Shown one piece after another: positions 20,747 to 30,136 of a stretch of 64,000 nt of DNA (positions are counted from its first letter, which is position 1; each line of letters begins with the position of its first letter). The DNA comes from Escherichia phage EcoM2. The position numbers and the translations under genes were made by a program. The DNA lies in sequence record PQ818761.1; one strand, written 5' to 3'. Under the pieces are notes generated by a model that was not told the origin of the DNA, did not search any database, and worked only from the letters and a program-made list of their open reading frames with translations.

Positions 20747-21138
20747 TTAAGTTAAACCAAAAACAGTTAGAGTGGCTTAAAGATTACGCCTCAGAGTGTG
20801 GCTCTTGCGAAAAGAATCACGTCAGGTACTCAACATTCCACACGGTTTTCACGTTGTACATCAGTGACAACGTTCTAAGTGATTCCGTAGAAGATGGTGT
20901 AGCGTTGCCTAATGAATTGCTTGACAAATTGGCTGTAGTCACTGGAACTTGGTCTGAAGAAGACGGTCATGAATTATCTGACAATGTTGTCTTCTACAGT
21001 CTTGAAAATATTATGAATCCAGAGTACATTATGTTAATGACTTGTGCACAAGACTGTGTGCCATTACAAAACTTCATTAAAGAGCACTGTGAAGAGTTTA
21101 TTACTAAACAGGTTCCCTGTCAGGTAGTATTTGAATGA
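20743..21138 (+). CDS. hypothetical protein
   Basis: 131 aa ORF. Confidence 0.45.
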   Translation: MIKLNQKQLEWLKDYASECGSCEKNHVRYSTFHTVFTLYISDNVLSDSVEDGVALPNELLDKLAVVTGTWSEEDGHELSDNVVFYSLENIMNPEYIMLMTCAQDCVPLQNFIKEHCEEFITKQVPCQVVFE

Positions 21139-21172
21139 GTAAAGCAATTAAATAAATTGGTGAGGTAACTAG

Positions 21173-21658
21173 ATGAACTACATGGAGATTCGACCATTTG
21201 ATACAGCTAATGGTGAAGGGGTTCGTGTAAGCCTCTTCGTAGCTGGTTGTAAACATCACTGTGAAGGCTGCTTTAACAGGGAGTCTTGGAAGTTTAATGC
21301 TGGTAAGGTATTTACTTATGCAAACCTCTACGGAATCATCCAGCTAATGGGTGATAATGCTGTCAGTGGTTTGTCAATACTTGGTGGAGAACCTCTGGAT
21401 GATAGAAATATTCAAGAGGTTACAGACATATGCAAACGTGTTAAAACTGTTTACCCAGAGAAGACTATATGGCTCTGGACAGGTTTTCAACTGCACGAAA
21501 AAATCCACTTAGATGTGATGAAATATGTTGACGTGGTGATTGATGGTAAGTATGATGCTTCTAAACCAACGAATAAACCATATCGTGGTTCAGGCAACCA
21601 AAACTTGTGGAGAAAAGAATATGGCTGGCAAGGTGACTGTCAATGGAGAGCAGAATGA
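21173..21658 (+). CDS. nrdG: anaerobic RNR activating protein (radical SAM)
   Basis: 161 aa with CKHHCEGC (CxxxCxxC) radical-SAM cluster motif near the N-terminus. Confidence 0.8.
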   Translation: MNYMEIRPFDTANGEGVRVSLFVAGCKHHCEGCFNRESWKFNAGKVFTYANLYGIIQLMGDNAVSGLSILGGEPLDDRNIQEVTDICKRVKTVYPEKTIWLWTGFQLHEKIHLDVMKYVDVVIDGKYDASKPTNKPYRGSGNQNLWRKEYGWQGDCQWRAE

Positions 21659-21754
21659 TTATTCTGGCAAATGGACTAAGGTGTAACTCCAATTGGTATC
21701 ACTGAAGAAGAACTTCATAAGTTCTGTATTAAACTTTAATGAGAGAGACTAAAA

Positions 21755-22021
21755 ATGGGAATTTTAGGTAATATGAAAGCTGGATTCTTGAAGGCACTGG
21801 CAAAAGCAGCAGCAATTGTTTCTATGACTGGAAAGCAGGTAGGTGTAGATGCTTCAGCGGTTGCACAGGTTCTTACAAGCCAAATTGAACAGCAGCCTTA
21901 CATATATGTAGGCCGTGGCAAAGGTGGTAAGAAACAAGCCCACCGTCCGTCTGGTGCAGCAGCTATTAAACGAGCAGCTAAGAAAGCTCGTAACCGTAAA
22001 CGTAATAAGAAGGTTAAATAA
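21755..22021 (+). CDS. hypothetical highly basic protein
   Basis: 88 aa, Lys/Arg-rich C-terminus (KKARNRKRNKKVK). Confidence 0.4.
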   Translation: MGILGNMKAGFLKALAKAAAIVSMTGKQVGVDASAVAQVLTSQIEQQPYIYVGRGKGGKKQAHRPSGAAAIKRAAKKARNRKRNKKVK

Positions 22022-22023
22022 TC

Positions 22024-22344
22024 ATGAGCAAAGTTTATAACACTCGTAAATTACAGATTTTCTTACTGTGCCAGTTTATGGCTATAGAGCATAACTCCTA
22101 CTATTGTGGTACAGGATTCATTAGTGATAATGATGGCTCATATCTCCCATTCAAAGAGGCTGTAAAACTCTTCAATGAAGAGAAAAGCTCTGAGAAAGAT
22201 ATTGAAAAGGTTAAATTAACCTATAGTAAGAAAGATAAGAAGATTATCTGCCTAGATAACTTTGTGAAAGTTACCAAAGAGACTAGAGAGTTAATGGAAG
22301 AAAGTGAAATTCCATTCACAAGAATCTTGAAAGTAGCTCAGTAA
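22024..22344 (+). CDS. hypothetical protein
   Basis: 106 aa ORF. Confidence 0.4.
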   Translation: MSKVYNTRKLQIFLLCQFMAIEHNSYYCGTGFISDNDGSYLPFKEAVKLFNEEKSSEKDIEKVKLTYSKKDKKIICLDNFVKVTKETRELMEESEIPFTRILKVAQ

Positions 22345-22356
22345 GCAGATACTATA

Positions 22357-22382
22357 AGGGAACTGTAAAGGTTCCCTTTTTA
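22357..22382 (+). terminator. rho-independent terminator
   Basis: GGGAAC-tgtaaag-GTTCCC hairpin followed by TTTTT. Confidence 0.55.
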
Positions 22383-22395
22383 TTTTGGAGATAAT

Positions 22396-22911
22396 ATGTA
22401 TCTGTCAAATCTGAAACGTTCTGCTGCAATGTCAGTGTTAAGACTCAGTTTTGAGGAACGTCAAGAGTTCATTGACTCCCACCAATACGACCCTTCCAAC
22501 TCCAATCACATGATTCTCTGGAATCGTGAGAGTACTCGTGAAAGAGCATTATTTCGATATTATCCACACTACACCATAGACAACCTGTATGAATGTTTTG
22601 TTGTGAAGAACACCATTACAGTACTCAATAAACTTTGCAGATATACAGGTAGTCAATCCTTCACATTAGGCCACCACAAACCTGTTACAAAAGGTGGTGA
22701 ACATCACTGTGCAAACTGGTTTATTCAGACTAAAGCTGATAACCAGAAGCAAGGAGATAGCCTTTTAAGTACCCCTAAGATGACCTATGAAGAGCAAGAG
22801 AGATATATCAAAAATAATATGCCAGATGTGCTTGACAACAACTATACAGATTTGGCAATATCTCTCCTGTTGAAGTTCGAGATAGTTTATAGGGCAACTT
22901 ACAATGGCTAA
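22396..22911 (+). CDS. HNH endonuclease
   Basis: LGHHKPVTKGGEHHCANW matches the HNH core (His-His...Asn). Confidence 0.6.
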   Translation: MYLSNLKRSAAMSVLRLSFEERQEFIDSHQYDPSNSNHMILWNRESTRERALFRYYPHYTIDNLYECFVVKNTITVLNKLCRYTGSQSFTLGHHKPVTKGGEHHCANWFIQTKADNQKQGDSLLSTPKMTYEEQERYIKNNMPDVLDNNYTDLAISLLLKFEIVYRATYNG

Positions 22912-23182
22912 AGAAAAGTGGGAGATTTTACCACTAGTCAGCGAGGGTGGTAATGGTTGTGAAATGTACATGATACGTGGTCATGTCCCAGAACCAATTG
23001 CACTTGAGATGGTAAACAATTTTACAGATGGCTCTTACAAAGACTTAGGAGAACCAACTGTCAAGCAACAATGGGTTAAACCTGTACCAGACAGCACAGG
23101 TAACTGTAGTGTACTTTATCACGTTGTAGACCCTGCAAAATGCAAATCTGCAATGGCAGTAACAAACGTAACTTTTGATTGA
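22904..23182 (+). CDS. hypothetical protein
   Basis: 92 aa ORF. Confidence 0.4.
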   Translation: MAKEKWEILPLVSEGGNGCEMYMIRGHVPEPIALEMVNNFTDGSYKDLGEPTVKQQWVKPVPDSTGNCSVLYHVVDPAKCKSAMAVTNVTFD

Positions 23183-23194
23183 GAGAGAAAAACT

Positions 23195-24076
23195 ATGAAA
23201 ACATCTATCCGTGTTACAGTTCATTCACCAACTAAAGGAACTCATGAAGAAGAGTTTAACATCACCCAATTTCCTTCTGGTGAGATTGGTGGACACTTTT
23301 CGCCAGAGTTTGTTGATTTTACTGCTTATGCAGCATCATCTATCAACAATGTGATTATGATTGTAAAAGGTTATGATAAAGACACATTGTTTGCTGTGGC
23401 ACTTGCTAAAGAAGCAATTGATAATTTAGTACCTCATAAGTTTGCTATGAAGACCATTATCTTTTACTATTTGCCAAATGCACGTTATGACCGTCACATG
23501 TTTAAAGGTGATGCAGCAGCTTTGAAAGTGTTTGCACAACAGGTTAATGCAATGGGTTTTGATGCAGTCTGTGCAGTTGACTCTCACAGTTATGTACCAG
23601 ATAACCTGTTTAACTGCTTCCAGAGTATCCCCCAAAAGGAGATTGCAGTCCACTATGCGAATGACCCTCTGGTTGATTACTTAGTAGCCCCAGATGCAGG
23701 TGCTTCTAAGAAGATTGCAGAGACTGCTAAAGAGGTGGATAAACCATACATCACAATGTCTAAAGTGCGTAACCTTAAGACTGGTGAAATTACTGGTATG
23801 CGAATCCTTGATGATGTTGATTTGACCGATAAAACTGTTATGATTCTCGATGATATCTGTGATGGCGGTCGAACCTTCATAGAAGCAGCTAAACATCTTC
23901 GTGAAGCAGGTGCAAAACGTGTGGAACTCTATGTAACACATGGTATCTTCTCTAAAGGTGTTGAAAACCTTCTTGACAATGGTATTGACCACATCTACAC
24001 TACAAACTCTTTAGGGGAAGCTAAAGACCGTGGATTAACACATTATGGTCAAGTTACTGTAGCAAACCTTGATTAA
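23195..24076 (+). CDS. ribose-phosphate pyrophosphokinase-like phosphoribosyltransferase
   Basis: PRPP-binding motif VMILDDICDGGRTF; N-terminal FPSGEIGG resembles the Prs FxDGE region; 293 aa. Confidence 0.65.
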   Translation: MKTSIRVTVHSPTKGTHEEEFNITQFPSGEIGGHFSPEFVDFTAYAASSINNVIMIVKGYDKDTLFAVALAKEAIDNLVPHKFAMKTIIFYYLPNARYDRHMFKGDAAALKVFAQQVNAMGFDAVCAVDSHSYVPDNLFNCFQSIPQKEIAVHYANDPLVDYLVAPDAGASKKIAETAKEVDKPYITMSKVRNLKTGEITGMRILDDVDLTDKTVMILDDICDGGRTFIEAAKHLREAGAKRVELYVTHGIFSKGVENLLDNGIDHIYTTNSLGEAKDRGLTHYGQVTVANLD

Positions 24077-24086
24077 AAACTTTATA

Positions 24087-24108
24087 GGGGGCTTTTAAGC
24101 CCCATTTT
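24087..24108 (+). terminator. putative terminator
   Basis: GGGGGCTTTTAAGCCCC hairpin followed by ATTTT. Confidence 0.5.
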
Positions 24109-24123
24109 GAGAGAGATTAAAAG

Positions 24124-25905
24124 ATGACTAAATCACTTTATGCAGTACCAGCAGGTTTAAACGCAGATGCTTACAAATCTGGTCACATTTATCAGTACCC
24201 TAGTGCAACAGAGTACTTGATGTTTAACCTGACACCACGTAGTGATAAATGGTTTAACAGTCCTTTGGCAATTGACGGTGTAGTGGCTTTTGGTATTCAG
24301 CGTTTTGTTAAAGATTACTTGATAGACCACTGGAACGCCACCTTCTTTGAACGTGATAAAAAAGAAGCAATTGATGAAATCTTAGAAGTCATGAATGGTG
24401 TTCTGGGTAAAGATGCTATTGGTCGAGAGCATTGGGAAGCACTTCATGATTTGGGTTATCTACCAGTTGAAGTATACGCTGTAGAAGAAGGCACAGTTGT
24501 ACCTATGCGTGTGCCAATGATTGTCTTCCAGAATACTGTTTCAGGTTTCCATTGGGTAGCGGGGTATCTGGAAGATGCTTTCTCTGCTGAGATTTGGAAG
24601 GCTTGTACCATTGCAACTATTGCATTGCACTACAAACGTATCTGTAAGAAGTGGGCTGACCTTACTTGTGACAACGACTTGCATTTACCTTATCAGTGCC
24701 ATGACTTTGCTATGCGTGGTATGTCCGGCTTTACTGATGACGCATTTAACGCTGTAGGCCACTTAACCAGCTTTAAAGGAACTGATAGCTTCCCTGCTGT
24801 ATATACAGCTAAACGCATCTACGGTCAGTCCTACCCAATCTCTGATATTGGTAGCTCTGTACCCGCCACTGAACACTCTGTAATGTGTGCAAACATTGCT
24901 TGGGAAGGTGGTAATGAGTTGATTGAAGAAGAAAGACGCTTCAAAGGTGAGTTACAAACCTTCCGTCGCTTCTTAACAGAAACTTACCCAACTGGTATTG
25001 CAAGTGTTGTTTCAGACACTTATAATTTCTGGAGAACTGTATCAGTAATACTACCAGAACTCCGTAAAGAGATTATGGAACGTGATGGCAAACTGGTAAT
25101 TCGTCCTGACTCTGGAGACCCTGTACATATTGTCACAGGTTATAAAGCAATTCACTTAGAGTGTGCTAAAAAGGCTTATTACGAACACCTAAGCAAGCTG
25201 GAAGCCAGCGACACAATGTTGAATACTGTTCTGAACATGAAGCTTGAAAACATCAACTATGGTATTGCTGGATGGCTACTGTCAGAAGGCTACGAAATGG
25301 TTGTTGACAGAGAAGACTTTGAAGTTGCTGATACAGTGATGTTGAAAAATGCTTATATGGTTGGTTCTGCAAACGTTGTAACACGTCCTGTAGCAGAGAT
25401 TGATGGGGCTATTAAGACACTGTATAACATCTTTGGAGGGACTATCAACTCTAAAGGTTTTAAGGTACTGGATGAGCACATTGGCCTTATCTATGGTGAC
25501 TCTATCACGTTGGAACGTGCAAACGAAATCCTGAAGCGTTTGTATGAAATGGGTTTTGCAAGCTCTAACGTAGTGTTTGGTGTAGGTTCTTACACTTACC
25601 AGTACATGACTCGTGACACCTTTGCATTTGCTGTCAAAGCAACTCTTGCAAGCATTGGTGGTAAAGAGATTATGCTTGCAAAAGACCCTAAAACAGATAG
25701 TGGTGTTAAGAAGTCTGCTTTTGGTGGTGTAGCACCTATGTGGGATGGCGATAAGCTGAAAGCTGTAGATGGCTATGGATTCCAGAGCTTTGCAGATGTG
25801 CTTGAACATCCAGCTTGTGCTTTACGTTTAGTCTTTAGTGACTCTGAGCAGTTCGGTTACACAACTCTTGGTGATATTCGAAATAATATTGACAAGCAGC
25901 TTTAA
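24124..25905 (+). CDS. nicotinamide phosphoribosyltransferase
   Basis: ADAYKSGHIYQYP, LPVEVYAVEEGTVVP, HDFAMRGM and FKGTDS follow the NAMPT motif pattern (DSYK..H..QYP, LP..I.AV.EG, HDFG.RG, FKGTDT) as I recall it from the human enzyme. Confidence 0.8.
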   Translation: MTKSLYAVPAGLNADAYKSGHIYQYPSATEYLMFNLTPRSDKWFNSPLAIDGVVAFGIQRFVKDYLIDHWNATFFERDKKEAIDEILEVMNGVLGKDAIGREHWEALHDLGYLPVEVYAVEEGTVVPMRVPMIVFQNTVSGFHWVAGYLEDAFSAEIWKACTIATIALHYKRICKKWADLTCDNDLHLPYQCHDFAMRGMSGFTDDAFNAVGHLTSFKGTDSFPAVYTAKRIYGQSYPISDIGSSVPATEHSVMCANIAWEGGNELIEEERRFKGELQTFRRFLTETYPTGIASVVSDTYNFWRTVSVILPELRKEIMERDGKLVIRPDSGDPVHIVTGYKAIHLECAKKAYYEHLSKLEASDTMLNTVLNMKLENINYGIAGWLLSEGYEMVVDREDFEVADTVMLKNAYMVGSANVVTRPVAEIDGAIKTLYNIFGGTINSKGFKVLDEHIGLIYGDSITLERANEILKRLYEMGFASSNVVFGVGSYTYQYMTRDTFAFAVKATLASIGGKEIMLAKDPKTDSGVKKSAFGGVAPMWDGDKLKAVDGYGFQSFADVLEHPACALRLVFSDSEQFGYTTLGDIRNNIDKQL

Positions 25906-25918
25906 AAGTATATGATAA

Positions 25919-25942
25919 GAGGCTCCTACGGGAGCCTTTTTA
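25919..25942 (+). terminator. rho-independent terminator
   Basis: GGCTCC-TACG-GGAGCC hairpin followed by TTTTT. Confidence 0.65.
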
Positions 25943-25958
25943 ACTTCTGGAGAAGATT

Positions 25959-26294
25959 ATGAAAATCAAAGAAATGAACATCAATATTGTCTTAGAAGAA
26001 CGCTGGGAGAACATCAAGAAGCCTGAAAATGGTCATAAGTTCCTCAACAAAATCTTAGTAGCAGCTAAAGAAGAACTGACTGGCAAGGTTGCAGCAGCAA
26101 TCACAATAAAGGTCTGTGTAAAAGGTCTTCCAGACAATCACCAATTTGCACTTGACGAGTTTAAAGAAAGCTTCTACAATCCAAACAAACAGATGCTTGA
26201 AAGTAACTTTGCAGTATCTACAAGTATCGTCCATGACAGAAGCTTTATCCTTTACAAGAATATGAGAGGTGAGTCATGCAAGCATATTGGATAG
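25959..26294 (+). CDS. hypothetical protein
   Basis: 111 aa ORF. Confidence 0.4.
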   Translation: MKIKEMNINIVLEERWENIKKPENGHKFLNKILVAAKEELTGKVAAAITIKVCVKGLPDNHQFALDEFKESFYNPNKQMLESNFAVSTSIVHDRSFILYKNMRGESCKHIG

Positions 26295-26452
26295 AAATTT
26301 TGCTGTCACTTGGTAGTGTAGCAGTGTTTGTTTACCTTCTTTGCAAGTACTATGCAGAGCACAAAAAATGTGACTTCTGTAACGGAGAAGGTTATACAAG
26401 GGCAGGTTGTTGCCCTATGTGTGGTGGTTCTGGTAAAATGTTTAATAAGTAA
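26276..26452 (+). CDS. small membrane-anchored zinc-finger protein
   Basis: 58 aa (below ORF-track cutoff): hydrophobic helix then two CxxCxGxG motifs (CDFCNGEG, CPMCGGSG), DnaJ-type zinc-finger-like. Confidence 0.35.
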   Translation: MQAYWIEILLSLGSVAVFVYLLCKYYAEHKKCDFCNGEGYTRAGCCPMCGGSGKMFNK

Positions 26453-26480
26453 TTTAACAGTAAACTAAGAGGAAAGTATT

Positions 26481-28847
26481 ATGCGCATGGTAAACGACCA
26501 CGCAGAAGTGATTAAGAGTTCAACTTCTTTAGAGACGTCTCAAGCACAGATTACAATGACACCTGAAATGTTCAGCCTTTTGAGTTCTGGTGTATATACC
26601 TTTAAAGAAAGGGCAGTGATTCGTGAACTGTCATGTAACGCAGTAGATGCTCAGAAAGAAGCTGGAAAAGAGAATATCCCGTTCCATGTGCATTTACCTA
26701 CTCGTTTTGAGCCTTACTTTGAAGTTCGTGATTTTGGAACTGGATTGACTCATGATAAAGTTATGAGTTTGTATCTAAATTACGGGGCTTCTACGAAGAA
26801 TGACTCTAATGACTACATTGGTGCAATGGGTATCGGCTCAAAATCCCCATTTGCAATTGCTCAGTCATTCACAGTGTCTAGCTATGTTGACGGTGTTGTT
26901 AATAAGTACTCTGTTTATCTTGAGAATGGTATCCCTCAAGTAACTAAGCTGACCACTAACCCAACAAAAGAACCTAATGGTTTAGCTGTACGTGTGGCAG
27001 TTGCTGACCACCGTATTTCAAAGTTCTTTGAAGAGGCTGGTAATGTATACTCATACTTTGCTGTAAAACCAGAGAGTAATGTGGAGTATAATGATATATT
27101 AGCAGATATGGATGTGATTGCTCGTGAAGAAGGTGTCTATGATGCCATGACTCATAAGCATAGCTGGCGTTCAAGCAGCAATAGAACAGAGTTTAACGTG
27201 GTTATGGGTAATATTGCCTACCCAGTTAATATGGAGGCATTACTTGGTGATGATTTCTTCAAAGTCTTGCCAGAATTTTTCCGTAGGAGCGTAGACCTTG
27301 TAAACATCTACATGCCTATTGGTTCAGTTGCTATCGCAGCTTCTCGTGAAGCATTGCAGATGAATGACACGACAAAAAATGTTATCATTGAGGCTACTAA
27401 AAAGATAACTGAAGCAATTACAAAGGATGTTATCAAGAAAGTTAATAGCCAACCTACACTCATGGATGCTGCACAGGCTTATGCTGAGTTACGTTTGAAC
27501 TCACGAGAGATGTTTAATGCTGTGTGTCCAAAGCTAGAGTGGGGTGGTGTTAAGCTTGATTCTCTGGAAGAAGAATTACTAAACATTCGTCGTGGAATTA
27601 TCTACGCAGAAGACGGCTCAGTCATTTATGAACGTGACGGCAAAGGTAATATTAAGGTTGATAGGAACGGGAACAATATCCCTAAAGTAGATTATCTTTA
27701 TGACCCAGTTGCTTATGTCAAGTTCAACTCTTTAGAGAGTAAGATTCGTGCAACATCGCTTTCCTACACTCAAGAGGCAAGTATGTTCAATATCTTTGGT
27801 GCAATGCGTAAAAGCCAAATTGAACAGTTTTTGTTTGTTATAAATGACCGTCGCAATAAAAACGGTACTGAGAAGACTGTAGGACGCAATCAAATCTTGC
27901 GTGGTGCATGTCGAGACTATGCCAGTGAGTCTAGTCTGTTTCACAGATACAATGGTATTGTCTTTGTATTCTCGACTGAAAAAGAGCTAGATGACTTAAT
28001 CAATCTACACAAACTTGACAAAAGCTTGTTAAAGATTGTGAAGATGTCTGATAAGGAACACCATTATCAGCGTAAAGAAGCTGTAAGAGGTGTTGTAAAA
28101 CTCTGGAAAGCTGTTCCAGCAGAAGGTGTAGCTTCCTATAAAGAGGTTTCAGAGGACTTAGACACAATTGAAGAGCCTCAACTTTATATCAAGGCAGTCG
28201 GTGACACAGTTGATGGCGAATGTTTTTGCTCATCTCCAGAAGATGTAGCTAAGTCAGTTGCCAATGTCATTGGAAAGACAGTCTATGTTTTCCGAAAAGC
28301 AAATTGGAAAAAGATACCAGAAGACTGGATTGAAGTAGATGAGAAGCTCTTGAACGACAGCTTAACTGATGTTCACTGGATTAACCATAACAGGTATATG
28401 ACACGTATCTATATGAATGGTGTTCTTGACCTTACAAGCAGTTGGATTATTGCCAGAAACTTTACGTTCAATAACAGGAAGATTTCTCGTGGCTATTGCT
28501 ATTCACGAGACACAAACAAAACTATCTTCTTAGAAGGCAATGAAGATGCTGTAGAGGCAATGTTCGGTAAAATCCAATACGTTGCTGCACCGTTTGCATA
28601 CACTTACACTATTAGCAGATTGCAAACTTTGAAAGAATGCCTTGACAATGATACAAAGCTATACAAGAAAATTAAGAAAGCTGGTGACCGTATGGTTATT
28701 AAGGTGACAAACTATCTTTCAAAAAGAAAACAAGAAAACTTCTTGCTTTCTCATTTAGATTGGAATAAAGTGTCACCCATCGAAGTGAGTAAGTTCTTAG
28801 GCTTTGATGTGAAGTGTGTTCCAGAAGGGACTACAATTTACGATTAA
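26481..28847 (+). CDS. rIIA: rIIA-like protein (GHKL-type ATPase fold)
   Basis: N-terminal RAVIRELSCNAVDA, RDFGTGL and SNDYIGAMGIGSKSPF match the pattern of the T4 rIIA N-terminus as I recall it; 788 aa. Confidence 0.75.
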   Translation: MRMVNDHAEVIKSSTSLETSQAQITMTPEMFSLLSSGVYTFKERAVIRELSCNAVDAQKEAGKENIPFHVHLPTRFEPYFEVRDFGTGLTHDKVMSLYLNYGASTKNDSNDYIGAMGIGSKSPFAIAQSFTVSSYVDGVVNKYSVYLENGIPQVTKLTTNPTKEPNGLAVRVAVADHRISKFFEEAGNVYSYFAVKPESNVEYNDILADMDVIAREEGVYDAMTHKHSWRSSSNRTEFNVVMGNIAYPVNMEALLGDDFFKVLPEFFRRSVDLVNIYMPIGSVAIAASREALQMNDTTKNVIIEATKKITEAITKDVIKKVNSQPTLMDAAQAYAELRLNSREMFNAVCPKLEWGGVKLDSLEEELLNIRRGIIYAEDGSVIYERDGKGNIKVDRNGNNIPKVDYLYDPVAYVKFNSLESKIRATSLSYTQEASMFNIFGAMRKSQIEQFLFVINDRRNKNGTEKTVGRNQILRGACRDYASESSLFHRYNGIVFVFSTEKELDDLINLHKLDKSLLKIVKMSDKEHHYQRKEAVRGVVKLWKAVPAEGVASYKEVSEDLDTIEEPQLYIKAVGDTVDGECFCSSPEDVAKSVANVIGKTVYVFRKANWKKIPEDWIEVDEKLLNDSLTDVHWINHNRYMTRIYMNGVLDLTSSWIIARNFTFNNRKISRGYCYSRDTNKTIFLEGNEDAVEAMFGKIQYVAAPFAYTYTISRLQTLKECLDNDTKLYKKIKKAGDRMVIKVTNYLSKRKQENFLLSHLDWNKVSPIEVSKFLGFDVKCVPEGTTIYD

Positions 28848-28852
28848 AGTGT

Positions 28853-28882
28853 TTGACAAGGGGCTTCAAAGCCCCTTAGAAT
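28853..28882 (+). promoter_or_regulatory. sigma70-like promoter with hairpin in spacer
   Basis: TTGACA - 18 nt (aGGGGCTTcaaaGCCCCt) - TAGAAT upstream of 28927 gene. Confidence 0.4.
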
Positions 28883-28926
28883 AGCCTCACAAAATGATTT
28901 ATTAACTAACAAGAGAGAGTAATAAG

Positions 28927-30036
28927 ATGACTACTAAAACTAAAGCACAGATTGACGCAGAAATTTATGAACTGGTTAAAGAAGGTAAGCTGACTAAAAC
29001 AGCTATTGCACAGAAGTTCAATACTTCAACCCGTTCAGTTGGTCGTGCTGTAGAGCGTCATGAAGCAACCTTAAAAGGCAAGAAAAAGGCAACTTCTAAG
29101 CCAGCTACAAAGACTTTGAAGCAAGTTGCTAAGTCAGTTAAAAAGAAAGCTGGCAAACCAGTTGAAAAGGTTGTTAAAGACACTGTACAGAAAGCTCCAG
29201 TAAATAAACTGCACGAAGCTATGCAGAAAGATGATAAGATTGAGTACATGATTACTGGTGACTCTGTAATTATGACTTACGGTTCAGAATCTGAAATTGT
29301 TGAGTCTACTCATCCGAACTATCAAGAGATTGTAGTTCATGTTGTGAAAGGTGAGTTCAAGAAAGCATTTGAACTGATGAACATTCGTAAGTCTATCGAA
29401 AACTTCACTCAGGGTGCTATCACAATCAAAGGTGACAAGTTATTCTACGGTGCTGTTGAGATGCGTTCTACTCTGGTTGACCGTATTCTTCACATGATGA
29501 AGACTGGTGATAAAGGTTTTGAACGACTTGTAATGTTCTTCGAAAAACTGATGGAAAACCCATCTAAAGACTCTGTAGAACAACTTTGGGGCTTCGTATC
29601 TCACCTTGATGTCGAAATTGATGAAGAAGGCTACATCATTGGTTGGAAGAAAGTATCCACTCGTGAAGGCAAGCTGGTTGACTCCCACACCTACAAAGTA
29701 CCTAATGATTTGGGTAACGTTGTAGAAATGCCACGTTGGATGGTTGATAATAACCGTAACGTAACTTGCTCTCAGGGTCTTCATGTTGGTGCTTGGGATT
29801 ATGTTCGTTGCTTCTCAGGTGATACAATCCTGAAGGTTCGTGTCCATCCACGAGATGTTGTATCTGTTCCGACTGATTACAACGATATGAAGATGCGTTC
29901 ATCCCGTTATGAAGTTGCAGCAATCGTTGATAATCAACGTAAAGTGTTGAAAGCATGGGACGGTAAGACTGAAGCTTTGCATGTCATCGTTGGCACTGCT
30001 GGTGAACTCATCTCCCAACGTAAACGTGAAATCTAA
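28927..30036 (+). CDS. candidate rIIB-like protein
   Basis: 369 aa ORF immediately downstream of rIIA, the conserved rIIA-rIIB order; no motif-level confirmation. Confidence 0.45.
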   Translation: MTTKTKAQIDAEIYELVKEGKLTKTAIAQKFNTSTRSVGRAVERHEATLKGKKKATSKPATKTLKQVAKSVKKKAGKPVEKVVKDTVQKAPVNKLHEAMQKDDKIEYMITGDSVIMTYGSESEIVESTHPNYQEIVVHVVKGEFKKAFELMNIRKSIENFTQGAITIKGDKLFYGAVEMRSTLVDRILHMMKTGDKGFERLVMFFEKLMENPSKDSVEQLWGFVSHLDVEIDEEGYIIGWKKVSTREGKLVDSHTYKVPNDLGNVVEMPRWMVDNNRNVTCSQGLHVGAWDYVRCFSGDTILKVRVHPRDVVSVPTDYNDMKMRSSRYEVAAIVDNQRKVLKAWDGKTEALHVIVGTAGELISQRKREI

Positions 30037-30051
30037 TAAGTAATTTCTTAA

Positions 30052-30076
30052 AAGGCTGCTTCGGCGGCCTTTTTTA
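30052..30076 (+). terminator. rho-independent terminator
   Basis: AGGCTGC-TTCG-GCGGCCT hairpin followed by TTTTTT. Confidence 0.55.
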
Positions 30077-30136
30077 TTTGTATTTTGTGCAGAGTACTGT
30101 ATAATTGTTGTCACGATAAACTAAACAGGAGAACCA

